This document shows positions 29,374 to 38,500 of a stretch of DNA of 64,000 bases, in pieces. The position numbers and the translations under genes were made by a program. Source of the DNA: an uncultured Lachnospiraceae bacterium (GTDB taxonomy: Bacteria; Bacillota; Clostridia; Lachnospirales; Lachnospiraceae); assembly GCA_947629565.1 (NCBI GenBank), contig CANREG010000004.1:7917-71916 (forward strand), given 5' to 3'. The notes beneath the pieces are model-generated. The model saw nothing but the letters and a program-made list of their open reading frames with translations. It searched no databases and was not told the DNA's origin. Position 1 is the stretch's first letter. Each line of letters begins with the position of its first letter.

Positions 29374-29597
29374 CGTGCAAAGAAGTGTCTGAGCGCCGGG
29401 GAAGGGGTGTTGGGCAAACATCGTGCAGCCACGCTTTCGCTCTGTTGAAAACGCAGCGGTACATAAGCGGAGGCCCTGTTCATTATGTGATGAATAGCAA
29501 ATTTTCCATAGGGCCTCCGCAAGTACCGGCGTTTTCAAAGGGGCTGCTGATGTTTCCCAACTACCCCTCCCCACGGCGCGAGTTCTTCGGGAGCACG
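29374..29597. repeat. long-hairpin repeat element, copy A (full length, about 224 bp)
   Basis: Imperfect palindrome from CGTGC (29374) to GCACG (29597). The core hairpin at 29445-29538 has a 34-nt loop. The core is about 95% identical to the reverse complement of 54491-54616. Confidence 0.85.
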
Positions 29598-29692
29598 TGC
29601 AATAACACAGGCAAAACCGGCAGGCGGCAGGATTTCTTAAAACCGAAACCAGTGCAGGAAAAACAGGATAGGATTCTTCGGCGGCGGCAGAT

Positions 29693-29728
29693 ATAAAAAT
29701 TGGCGGATAACATAGGATATCCGCCAAT
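29693..29728 (-). terminator. intrinsic terminator of GH25 paralog 1
   Basis: Minus strand: ATTGGCGGATA-loop-TATCCGCCAAT, an 11-bp stem, followed by TTTTTAT. It lies 14 nt after the stop codon. Confidence 0.8.
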
Positions 29729-29741
29729 GGTAAAATTAAAT

Positions 29742-32093
29742 TTATATGAGTTTCAGGTAGGGGGATGCTATCCAGCCCTTGTAGGTTTTGCCGCTCTTTT
29801 TGAAGGTTACCTGATACCAGGTGACGCCCTTCTTGGTCTTGGTTTTTAAGACGGTCACTTTCTGGTTTTTCTTTAGAGTGGTTAGCTTTTTGGAGGAAGT
29901 GCCGACTGATTTATGGACATTTACAATATTTGTTTTGGTAACTTTACCGGTCATTTTAATGGTAACTTTAGAGGCCCGAACAAATCCTGTGTAGGTCTTG
30001 CCCTTGGATTTGTAGGACACCCTGTACCATGTGGCGTTTTTATCATCTTTTGTGCTATATGTAACAGTCATTGAAGTATTTTTTGCAGGGGTGGAAACTA
30101 CCGCATCGGCTGAGGAGGCTGACGCATAAAGCTTAGTTCCTTTTTTGGCAATTGCTTTTTTGCTGTATCCCAGTTTGGTATAAATAGCCGCTACGGGTGA
30201 ATAAGGGCTGTAGTAAGTTTCTCCACCGGAATTTTTATAACTGCGCACTTTATAATAATAACATTGTCCTCTTGTCAGACCGGTATTCTTGTAAGTAACC
30301 GTTGAATTCGTTGAAATTTGCTGAATCATTTGGTAGGTTCCGTTTAAAGAGGCCGATCTCCAGATCTGATAGCCGGTTGCTTCCGCATCTTTTGTCCATT
30401 GCAGGGTGATGTGCGTCTTGGAACGTTTCTTGGCTTTGACCGTGAGAGCTGTTTGGGAAAATTGGGAAATAATATTAAATTGAATTTTTTTCTCTCCGCA
30501 AAATCTACCTAAACCGGTAACTGTAATGGTAGCAACTCCCGGTTTGATGTTATCTGAATATTGCACGGTATAATCCAAGCCTTCTGTCAATGTGTTTCCC
30601 AAATAGGAGATAGAAACAGGAGGGGTAATCGCATTTCCTGAATATGCCTGATCCGGAATCGTGGAAAACTGAGCGTTAGCAATGTTGCAGGGAACAATAT
30701 TAAATGGAATTTCTTTCTTTGTGCCATAATAATCGCCCTTACCGGTAACTGTAATGGTAGCAACTCCCGGTTCCGTGTTATCTGAATATTGTACGGTATA
30801 ATCCAAGCCTTCTGTCAATGGTTTTCCCAAATAGGAGATAGAAACAGGAGGAGTAATCGCATTTCCTGAATATGCCTGATCCGGAATCGTGGAAAACTGA
30901 GCATCAGCAATGTTGTAACGAAAAATATTAAAATGAATTTTTTTCTCTCCTAAAAATTTGCCCTTACCGGTAACCGTAATGGTAGCAACTCCCGGTTTGA
31001 TGTTATCTGAATATTGCACGGTATAATCCGAGCCGTTTGTCAATGTGTTTCCCAAATAGGAGATAGAAACAGGAGGGGTAATCGCATTTCCTGAATATTC
31101 CTGATCTGAAATGGGAGAAAACCGGGCAGTAACAATGAGAATGCTGTCTGGGGTAAAAGATTTTTCTTGTGCATAGTAAAAATTCATATCTACATTTCCG
31201 GATATGCCGTTGACTTTGCCCTGGGAGCTGTACTGCCAGAAGTCAAAGGTGCCGGAATAGTCCGTGTTGGTGGTATAATGTGCCAGCCAGATTCGGTATC
31301 CGGCGTCGGTAATGGTGCTTGCATTAAGCTGACTATTTAACATGCTTTTGTTGGCATAGACCATGGGGGTATATCCGGCGTCTGCAATGGTTTTACAGAA
31401 AGCCATGCATACTTTCGTGGCTTCCTCTTTGGAAAGCTTGGCTTTTTTCAAGCGGCCGCCACCGCTGACATCGCTTGCATATTCATAATCCATGATTAAC
31501 GGCATGGAAATCCGGTAGGAGTCGATATGCTGCAAAATGTAATTCGCTTCCTCCTCAGCTTCCTCAGGAGTGATTGCCTGAGAAAAAATGTAAACGCCTA
31601 CCGGAACGCCTGCGGCATTGGCGTTTTGCATATTCTGGTCAAAATATATATCTTTGGTACTCTCATTTAAAATGCCTGCGTCTCCATAGCCGCGGTATCC
31701 CACGCGGACAAAAGCAAAATCAATGCCGGCGTTTTTTACGGCAGTCCAGTCAATATTCCCCTGCCATTGGCTGACGTCAATGCCGTTTACAACCGGGCGA
31801 CCTGTAAAGATATCCTGATGGCTGTAGGTGGAATTGGTAAAGGGGCTGTCAGTATCGAAGGTGCCAGACCTGCCGATTCCTGCCTTTGAGGGCGCTGTTT
31901 TCCCCAAATCCTTTTGGGTGTCTTCTCCGTAAAACTCGGCAGGGATATTCCTGCCGGAAAGCCTTCCGGCTCCGGGATCATCTGCCGCCATATCATTTTG
32001 AGCCGCATAGGAGATAGGGGCAGACATAATTACTAATAGTGTAAAAATGGCAATCGTGAAAATAACATGTGATAGTCTAAAGTTTTTAGTCAT
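29742..32093 (-). CDS. secreted GH25 muramidase with 3 Ig-like repeats, an Fn3 domain and two SH3-like domains
   Basis: Signal peptide; GH25 signature NGIDVSQWQGNIDWTAVKNAGIDFAFVRVGYRG; three 75-76-aa repeats (AYSGNAITPPVSISYLG..DYTVQYSDN..GVATITVTG.G); an Fn3 domain (GYQIWRS...YYYKVRSY); C-terminal SH3-like pair (WYRVSY.., WYQVTF..GWIASPYLKL). Confidence 0.9.
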   Translation of the reverse strand: MTKNFRLSHVIFTIAIFTLLVIMSAPISYAAQNDMAADDPGAGRLSGRNIPAEFYGEDTQKDLGKTAPSKAGIGRSGTFDTDSPFTNSTYSHQDIFTGRPVVNGIDVSQWQGNIDWTAVKNAGIDFAFVRVGYRGYGDAGILNESTKDIYFDQNMQNANAAGVPVGVYIFSQAITPEEAEEEANYILQHIDSYRISMPLIMDYEYASDVSGGGRLKKAKLSKEEATKVCMAFCKTIADAGYTPMVYANKSMLNSQLNASTITDAGYRIWLAHYTTNTDYSGTFDFWQYSSQGKVNGISGNVDMNFYYAQEKSFTPDSILIVTARFSPISDQEYSGNAITPPVSISYLGNTLTNGSDYTVQYSDNIKPGVATITVTGKGKFLGEKKIHFNIFRYNIADAQFSTIPDQAYSGNAITPPVSISYLGKPLTEGLDYTVQYSDNTEPGVATITVTGKGDYYGTKKEIPFNIVPCNIANAQFSTIPDQAYSGNAITPPVSISYLGNTLTEGLDYTVQYSDNIKPGVATITVTGLGRFCGEKKIQFNIISQFSQTALTVKAKKRSKTHITLQWTKDAEATGYQIWRSASLNGTYQMIQQISTNSTVTYKNTGLTRGQCYYYKVRSYKNSGGETYYSPYSPVAAIYTKLGYSKKAIAKKGTKLYASASSADAVVSTPAKNTSMTVTYSTKDDKNATWYRVSYKSKGKTYTGFVRASKVTIKMTGKVTKTNIVNVHKSVGTSSKKLTTLKKNQKVTVLKTKTKKGVTWYQVTFKKSGKTYKGWIASPYLKLI
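30480..31150. repeat. three near-identical tandem coding repeats of 225-228 bp inside GH25 paralog 1
   Basis: CCGGTAAC(T/C)GTAATGGTAGCAACTCCCGG recurs at 30514, 30742 and 30967, with long identical flanking runs. Confidence 0.9.
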
Positions 32094-32135
32094 ATTTATT
32101 TAGTCAACTCCTTTCAAAGAATATTTTTATTTGCG

Positions 32136-32197
32136 TCGAGGGGAGGGGCTGCATGATGTTTGCCCAACACCCCTTCCCCGGCGCTCAGACACTTCTT
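32136..32197. repeat. long-hairpin repeat element, copy B (internally deleted, about 60 bp)
   Basis: The reverse complement of 32147-32197 matches copy A at 29380-29430 with 1 mismatch. It is then joined directly to the CCCCTCCCC end of the opposite arm. It overlaps the stop codon of GH25 paralog 2 by 2 nt. Confidence 0.8.
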
Positions 32198-34049
32198 ACT
32201 GAAGTTTCAGGTAGGGGGATGCTATCCAGCCCTTGTAGGTTTTGCCGCTCTTTTTGAAGGTTACCTGATACCAGGTGACGCCCTTCTTGGTCTTGGTCTT
32301 TAGGACGGTTACCTTTTTGTTTTTCTTTAGGGTGGTCAGCTTTTTGGAGGAAATGCTGGCGGATTTCCGGACATTTACAATGCCGGTATTCGCCACTTTT
32401 CCGGTCATGTTAATCGTAACGCTGGAGGCAGTAACACACCCGGTATAGGTCTGTCCGCCTGCATTATAGGATACCCGGTACCATGTTGTGCCGTCATTAT
32501 CTTTTGCGCTGTATAATACGTTCATGGTGGCGCCGGTTCCCGGTGTGGAAACGGGTGCGCTTTCCGTAGACTCTGATTCATACAGGGTAGTCCAGCTCTT
32601 GGCAATGGCTTTTCTGGAATATCCCAGATTCGTGTAAAGAACAGTTACCGGAGAGAAATCACTGTAATAGGTGGTGCCGCCGGATTTCATGTAACTGCGT
32701 ACCTTGTAGTAATATCCCTGTCCCTTATTGAGTCCCGTATTCTTATAGGTATTTGTGGAGCCGCTGGAAATTTTCTTGATTTTCTTGTAGGTTCCGTTTA
32801 AAGAGGTGGCTCTCCAAATCTGATATCCGTCTGCTTTTGTATTTTTAGTCCACTTTAAGGTGATGTAAGTGGAGGAGCGTTTTTTTGCCTTTACCGAAGA
32901 TACCCGCTTGGGAAGAATCTGAAATTCCAGTTTGACGCTTCCGCAGAATTGGTTAATGCCGGTAACGGTAGCTGTGGCGGTTCCGAAGTCCTTGTTGTCC
33001 TTGTATTGCACGGTATAGTCGATGCCTTCCGTCAACGGCCACCCCATATAAGAGATACTGATCGGCGGGGTAATGCTGTCGCCGGTATAAGCCTGATTGG
33101 GAATCGGTGCAATGGTAGCGGTGGCAATCGGTATGCCCGCCGGAATGAAATTATCCCCTTCTCTTGCATAGTAAAAATTCATATCCACATTTCCGGTAAT
33201 GCCGCTTACCGCTCCGGAGGAGCTGTACTGCCAGAAGTCAAAGGTGCCGGCATAATCCGTGTTGGTGGTATAATGGGCCAGCCAGATCCGGTATCCGGCG
33301 TCGGTAATGGTGCTTGCATTAAGCTGATTATCTAACATGCTTTTGTTGGCATAGACCATGGGGGTATAGCCTGCAGCCGCAATGGTGTTACAGAAGGCCA
33401 TACAGACTTCCGTGGCCTGCGCCTTGGAAAGCTTGGCTTTTTTAATCCTGCCGCCACTGCTATCGTCGCTTGCATATTCATAGTCCATGATTAACGGCAT
33501 GGAAATCTGGTAGGCGCCGATGTGCTGCAAAATGTAAGTCGCTTCCTCCACAGCTTCTGCAGGGGTGATTGCCTGGGAAAAAATGTAAATGCCTACCGGA
33601 ACGCCTGCGGCATTGGCGTTTTGCATATTCTGGTCAAAATATACATCTTTGGTACTCTCATTTAAAGTGCCTGCATCTCCATAGCCACGGTACCCCACAC
33701 GGACAAAAGCAAATTCAATGCCGGCTGCTTTCACAGCAGCCCAGTCAATATTTTTCTGCCACTGGCTGATATCAATACCGTTGGCAATCCGGCGTCCTGC
33801 AAAAATATCCTGATGGCTGTAGGCGGAATTGGTAAAGGGGCTGATGGTATCAAAAGTGCCGTACCGGGCAATTCTTGCAATTGGCCCTGCGTCCTCCCCG
33901 TAAAATTCGGCGGGGATGTTCCTGCCGGAAAGCCTTCCGGCTCCCGGATCGTCATTAGCTGCACGGCAGGTCAGCCCTGCGCCGGTTATGAATAATGTAA
34001 ATAAAGTAATCGTAGAAATAAGGCGTAATAATCTGTAATGCTTAGTCAT
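32196..34049 (-). CDS. secreted GH25 muramidase paralog (1 Ig-like repeat, Fn3, two SH3-like domains)
   Basis: Same architecture as 29742-32093 but with a single Ig-like repeat. Long DNA tracts are identical or nearly identical to the paralog. Confidence 0.9.
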   Translation of the reverse strand: MTKHYRLLRLISTITLFTLFITGAGLTCRAANDDPGAGRLSGRNIPAEFYGEDAGPIARIARYGTFDTISPFTNSAYSHQDIFAGRRIANGIDISQWQKNIDWAAVKAAGIEFAFVRVGYRGYGDAGTLNESTKDVYFDQNMQNANAAGVPVGIYIFSQAITPAEAVEEATYILQHIGAYQISMPLIMDYEYASDDSSGGRIKKAKLSKAQATEVCMAFCNTIAAAGYTPMVYANKSMLDNQLNASTITDAGYRIWLAHYTTNTDYAGTFDFWQYSSSGAVSGITGNVDMNFYYAREGDNFIPAGIPIATATIAPIPNQAYTGDSITPPISISYMGWPLTEGIDYTVQYKDNKDFGTATATVTGINQFCGSVKLEFQILPKRVSSVKAKKRSSTYITLKWTKNTKADGYQIWRATSLNGTYKKIKKISSGSTNTYKNTGLNKGQGYYYKVRSYMKSGGTTYYSDFSPVTVLYTNLGYSRKAIAKSWTTLYESESTESAPVSTPGTGATMNVLYSAKDNDGTTWYRVSYNAGGQTYTGCVTASSVTINMTGKVANTGIVNVRKSASISSKKLTTLKKNKKVTVLKTKTKKGVTWYQVTFKKSGKTYKGWIASPYLKLQ

Positions 34050-34246
34050 ATTTTCCTGTGACTCCTTTCTCGTATTGTGCTTTATCTCGCATTTCGTAAT
34101 GAATAATCTTTTCTATCATAACGCATAATAAAGAAGATTACCAGTAAAAAGTAGAAGAAATGTGTGGAATCATAGTGAAAATAAGGCTGGAAACAAATAG
34201 CAATACAGGATGGCAGAAAAAATTTGGTAAAAAATGAAAAAAATGC

Positions 34247-34275
34247 TTGCATTTTACCGGCGTATCATTTATAAT
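34247..34275 (+). promoter_or_regulatory. sigma-A promoter of tRNA-Lys
   Basis: TTGCAT (34247-34252), 17-nt spacer, TATAAT (34270-34275). It lies about 40 nt upstream of the tRNA. Confidence 0.7.
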
Positions 34276-34313
34276 CATCAATGTTGTTGCAACAGCACGC
34301 AATTACATCTTAC

Positions 34314-34386
34314 GGGCCGCTAGCTCATTTGGTAGAGCACCTGACTCTTAATCAGGGTGTGCGGGGTTCGAGCCCCCGGCGGCCCA
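34314..34386 (+). tRNA. tRNA-Lys (anticodon CUU)
   Basis: 73-nt cloverleaf. Acceptor stem GGGCCGC/GCGGCCC, D arm GCTC..GAGC, anticodon stem CCTGA/TCAGG with loop CTCTTAA, T arm CGGGG-TTCGAGC-CCCCG. CCA is not encoded. Confidence 0.95.
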
Positions 34387-34581
34387 CGCAAGGAATCAAT
34401 TTGATGTCTTCGCACATTGGGTTGGTTCTTTTTTTGTGCAAAATCACAGTAAAATTTGTAAGTTTTTACGGAAAAAATTCATTGTTTGAAAAAAGATATA
34501 TTGGTATAATTAAATTTAGCCTAAATTTGATTTAGAACGGAGCAAATTGAATAAAAAATGAACAAAACAGGAGCGATGCAG

Positions 34582-35457
34582 ATGAAAAGCAGATGGAAAT
34601 ATAGCCTCATTTTGTGCATTATGTGTCTGATGATCCTGCTGCCGGGGGAAACGGCGCAGGCGTCTAAGTCTGTAACCGGTACATGCAGCTATGATGACGC
34701 CTATAGCGTGCTGCAGATTGTTAACCGACAGCGGAAGAAGAACGGCGCTAAAGCCCTCAAGATGGACAGCGAGCTTTTAGCGGCGGCCATGCTCAGGGCG
34801 GCGGAAACGACTGTGAAATTTGATCATTACAGACCGAACGGAACCATGTGTTTTACCGTGAGCAGCAAGGTCTATGCGGAGAATATTGCGTGGAATTACC
34901 AATCTCCGGAGGCGGTAATGAAGGGTTGGATGAATTCTGCCGGGCACAAGAAGAACATACTGAATAAGAGTTATAAGTCTGTAGGAATCGGATGCTTTAT
35001 TAAGGACGGGCAAAGATACTGGGTGCAGTGTTTTGGCTATGCAAAAGGCGACAAGGCAGTGAATCCGGGTAATTGCAGGAATACCTATCAGGTTGCCACG
35101 TCGGCGTCCGGGGATACGGAGCTGACAGCGTCGGAGCCGATTAATCCGTTGACAACCAAGCTGTCAGCGAAGGCCGTCGGAGGCAAGGGCAGGCTGACGG
35201 TAACCTGGTCTGTAAAAGGCGGCGTCAGCGGTTATGAGCTGCAGATATCAACCGACAAGCGTTTTGCAAAAGCGGAGACCTACGAGGCGGGCAGGAACAG
35301 TACCGGCAAGACAATTAAGAAGTATAATAAGAAGAAACTACAGGCTAAGAAACGGTATTATATCCGAATCCGGGCTTATATAGACGGACAGGACGAAACC
35401 GGCAACGCCGTAAGACAGTACAGTAAGTGGAAACAGCTAAGCGGAAGGACAAAGTAG
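34582..35457 (+). CDS. secreted CAP/SCP (YkwD-like) domain protein with a C-terminal Fn3-like module
   Basis: Signal peptide MKSRWKYSLILCIMCLMILLPGETAQA. CAP motifs (ENIAWNYQSPEAVMKGWMNSAGHKKNIL, SVGIGCF). Tail GYELQIS...RYYIRIRAY. Start chosen at ATG 34582; the longest ORF starts at 34558. Confidence 0.85.
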   Translation: MKSRWKYSLILCIMCLMILLPGETAQASKSVTGTCSYDDAYSVLQIVNRQRKKNGAKALKMDSELLAAAMLRAAETTVKFDHYRPNGTMCFTVSSKVYAENIAWNYQSPEAVMKGWMNSAGHKKNILNKSYKSVGIGCFIKDGQRYWVQCFGYAKGDKAVNPGNCRNTYQVATSASGDTELTASEPINPLTTKLSAKAVGGKGRLTVTWSVKGGVSGYELQISTDKRFAKAETYEAGRNSTGKTIKKYNKKKLQAKKRYYIRIRAYIDGQDETGNAVRQYSKWKQLSGRTK

Positions 35458-35502
35458 GAGGATATGGTTACGAAGTAACATTTATTAAGGAAGGAGTAAA
35501 GT

Positions 35503-38500
35503 ATGAAGAAGGGTGCAGCAAGTATGAGAAACAGAATCAGCGCATGGATATTGACGCTGGTCATGATTGTGGGGCTGGTGGCAGTCCCGGCGGGGGAAGC
35601 GCAGGCGGAAGAAACTCCCACATGGAATTTATCCGTGGCAAGCGGCAGCAGCGAAAATTCTGTAACGATGGTTAAGAATGGGTTTGGTGAAGATTATATT
35701 GGCGATGTCCCGTTTGATACACCGTCGGTAGCGCAATCCAAAAGTGCATTACAATCTAATGGGATAACTTCTATGGAGGTCAAGCTGACGGTAAAATCCT
35801 TTACGGCAGACTCCGGAAGTAACGCTCCCAGTGTTATGTTGTATGCGCAGCCGGGAGAAGATGGCAAATGGGAATGGAATGCATCTGACGGGGTTAAATT
35901 GGTTGCTGACCAACAGATTACATTGACCTATGATTTTAGTGGAATGAACTGGGGCGGTGGTTCCACAATGGGGCATTTGGGGATCCGTTTTGCAAATTGT
36001 GCTAATGGTTCTACGGTTTCCTTTACCATAGATTCTGCCAAGCTGATTGGCGGCGGTTCCCAGGGCGGTGAAATAGAAACCGGCGGCAATACCTCAAATG
36101 AGGTTACGGCGACGATAACCAAACTAAGTGGTAACTCAGATTGGGCAGAGTTTAACTATTCTGTAACTAACGGCACAGATTCTCCCATCAGCGGGATTCA
36201 GATTAAGGTACCGGCAAACGGCACGGTTAATAATTTAAAGGGATTTAATTGCAGCGCCCAATACAGCGGAGGCTATATTATTATATCCCATACGAAGGTG
36301 TTAGAGGCGGGCACGACCTATACCTGTGATGTAAATACTAAATTTGGTTTTGCAGGCGGGGCGTCATTGGGAACTCCGGTTGTGGAATTTACATATGGGG
36401 AAGACGGCGGCGGAACTTCGTCGGGAGCCCTGAACTATGAGCTTACCGGCGAGACGAAGAATGTAGCATTTGATGAGACGCCGGTAGGAAAGCATGGAAA
36501 GTTAAGGCTCGAGCAGATAAAGGGGTACACTGCGCCAGTCATAGTTGATGAGAATGGAGAGCCTTTCCAATTGCGGGGGGCAAGCACCCACGGAATGCAT
36601 TGGGAGGACGCAGGAGGACCATTTGTGAATAAGGGCGCTTTCCAGTCTCTCAGGGATGAGTGGGGCGTTAATATGGTGCGTCTGGTAAGTTATGTGACGC
36701 AGGGAGGATACACGGAAGGAAAGAGCGATGTGCTGGATAACAAGATCCAGACTGGCGTTGAGGCCGCAACAGACCTTGGCATGTATGTTATTATCGACTG
36801 GCATATACACCATGAGAATCCTCATGATACGAAATCGAAGGCGCAAGAATTTTTTACGAAATATGCCACTATGTATAAAGATTATGACAATGTAATCTTT
36901 GAGATTTGTAATGAGCCCACAGGAGTGGAATGGTATAATGGCTCTGGCGGCGATTTATACTCCTATTGTAAAGATATTGCAACAACTATTCGGAATTGTG
37001 GCAGTAAAGCCCTCATTGTCTGCGGAACCAATACATGGTCGCAGGATGTAGATGACGTGGCGCAGAAACCGTTGGAAAAAGATGGATTCGAGAATATTTT
37101 GTATACCTTTCATTTTTACTCCGGTTCCCATTATGATAATTTAATGGATAAGGTACGGACGGCTACCGCAGCAGGAACTCCGATTTTTGTAACGGAGTTT
37201 GGTATATGTGACGCAAGCGGCAACACGAATTTTGATACGGCCAATGCAGATAAGTGGATAGCGCTGTGCGATCAGAATAATATAAGCTATTGCTGCTGGA
37301 GTCTGAGCAATAAGAATGAATCAGCCTCCTATTTGAAACCCGAATGTGGTAAAACCCAGGGAGGTTGGACAGAAGGGGATTTGGCAACCACCGGAATCTG
37401 GCTGGTGAATACTTACCGATCACATCAGGATAAAGAGGAGAACACGGATACCTCAAAGGGAGAAATCAGCGTTTCTATTGTTCCGCAATCCGGTCAATTG
37501 GATGCTGTGGCAGAGGGATATAGTGACCCGGGTAGTTTTGTCATAACAGTAACGAATTCCGGAAATAAGGAACTAACGGATTTATCGGCTGCATTTGGCC
37601 GCGGAGCCAATACAAGCTTTGAGATTACGAAGAATTTTGAAAGCACAACATTAGATGCCGGTGATACGACTACATTGGAGATTTCTCTGAAAAATGGCAA
37701 ATCGGCAGGAACATACAGTGATTCTGTAATCATAAAAAGCGGTTCCATGAAAAAAGCGCTGAATATTAAGCAGGAAGTGTCGGAAACCATTGTACCGGTT
37801 GAGAGCGTAACGGTAACTCCTGCAAAATTGTCTATGGTAAAGGGTGATACAAGTAAGCTGACGGCAACGGTATTACCGGCGGAAGCAACCAATAAACAGG
37901 TTCGTTGGAGTTCGTCTGCGCCAGAGGTTGCCGAGGTGTCAGCAGACGGAACGGTGACTGCGGTAGGCACCGGGGAGGCAAAGGTAACTGCTACAACGGT
38001 AGATGGTGGAGAGAAAGCTACATGTACGGTTACTGTTACCAATCCGATTAAGGATTTTACAATTGAGCCAACAGAAGTATCTTTATATGTGGGGGAGAGC
38101 AAAACAATTACGGTAACTCCGATACCTGCTGATGCAGATCCTTATAAAGTAACGTGGAAAAGTGATGCAGAGGGTGTTGCCGAGGTAGATGCAGATGGTA
38201 AGATTACGGCAAAGGCGAAAGGAACCGCAAAGATTACAGCTACCATCGACTCTATAACCAAGACCTGTAATGTGACGGTATCCGTTCCTCTTGAAGGAAT
38301 TCAATTTGAGCAGGCTGAAGTAGCGTTGAAAAAGGGCGAAACAACAGAATTAAACCTGATTCCCGAACCGGAGGGGGCAATTATTAAGTCCGTAAAGTAC
38401 ACATCTGAAAAGCCGTCTGTGGCAACTGTTTCTTCAGAGGGAGAGGTTACAGCGGTTGCTTCCGGTACAACAACGATTACTGCAGAATCAGAAGGAAAGA

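Noticed and set aside
29311-29727. ORFs of 138 aa (minus strand), 103 aa (plus strand, 29385-29696) and 66 aa over the intergenic region, plus a similar 72-aa ORF at 54504-54722 containing the shared peptide KTPVLAEAL.KICYS.HNEQGLRLCTAAFSTERKRG.
   Set aside because: The shared peptide is simply the conserved palindromic repeat core read in one frame, and the same DNA is also open in other frames. No RBS is present, and copy B deletes the whole 'coding' part. These are better explained as non-coding repeat elements.
29300-34400. The GH25 pair next to tRNA-Lys, considered as a prophage remnant or integrated island.
   Set aside because: I found no integrase, no att-like duplication of the tRNA 3' end, and no phage structural genes. 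Both lysins carry signal peptides. They are treated as chromosomal envelope genes, with the caveat noted in the findings.
34281-34535. 84-aa plus-strand ORF.
   Set aside because: It runs straight through the tRNA-Lys gene (34314-34386) and is spurious.
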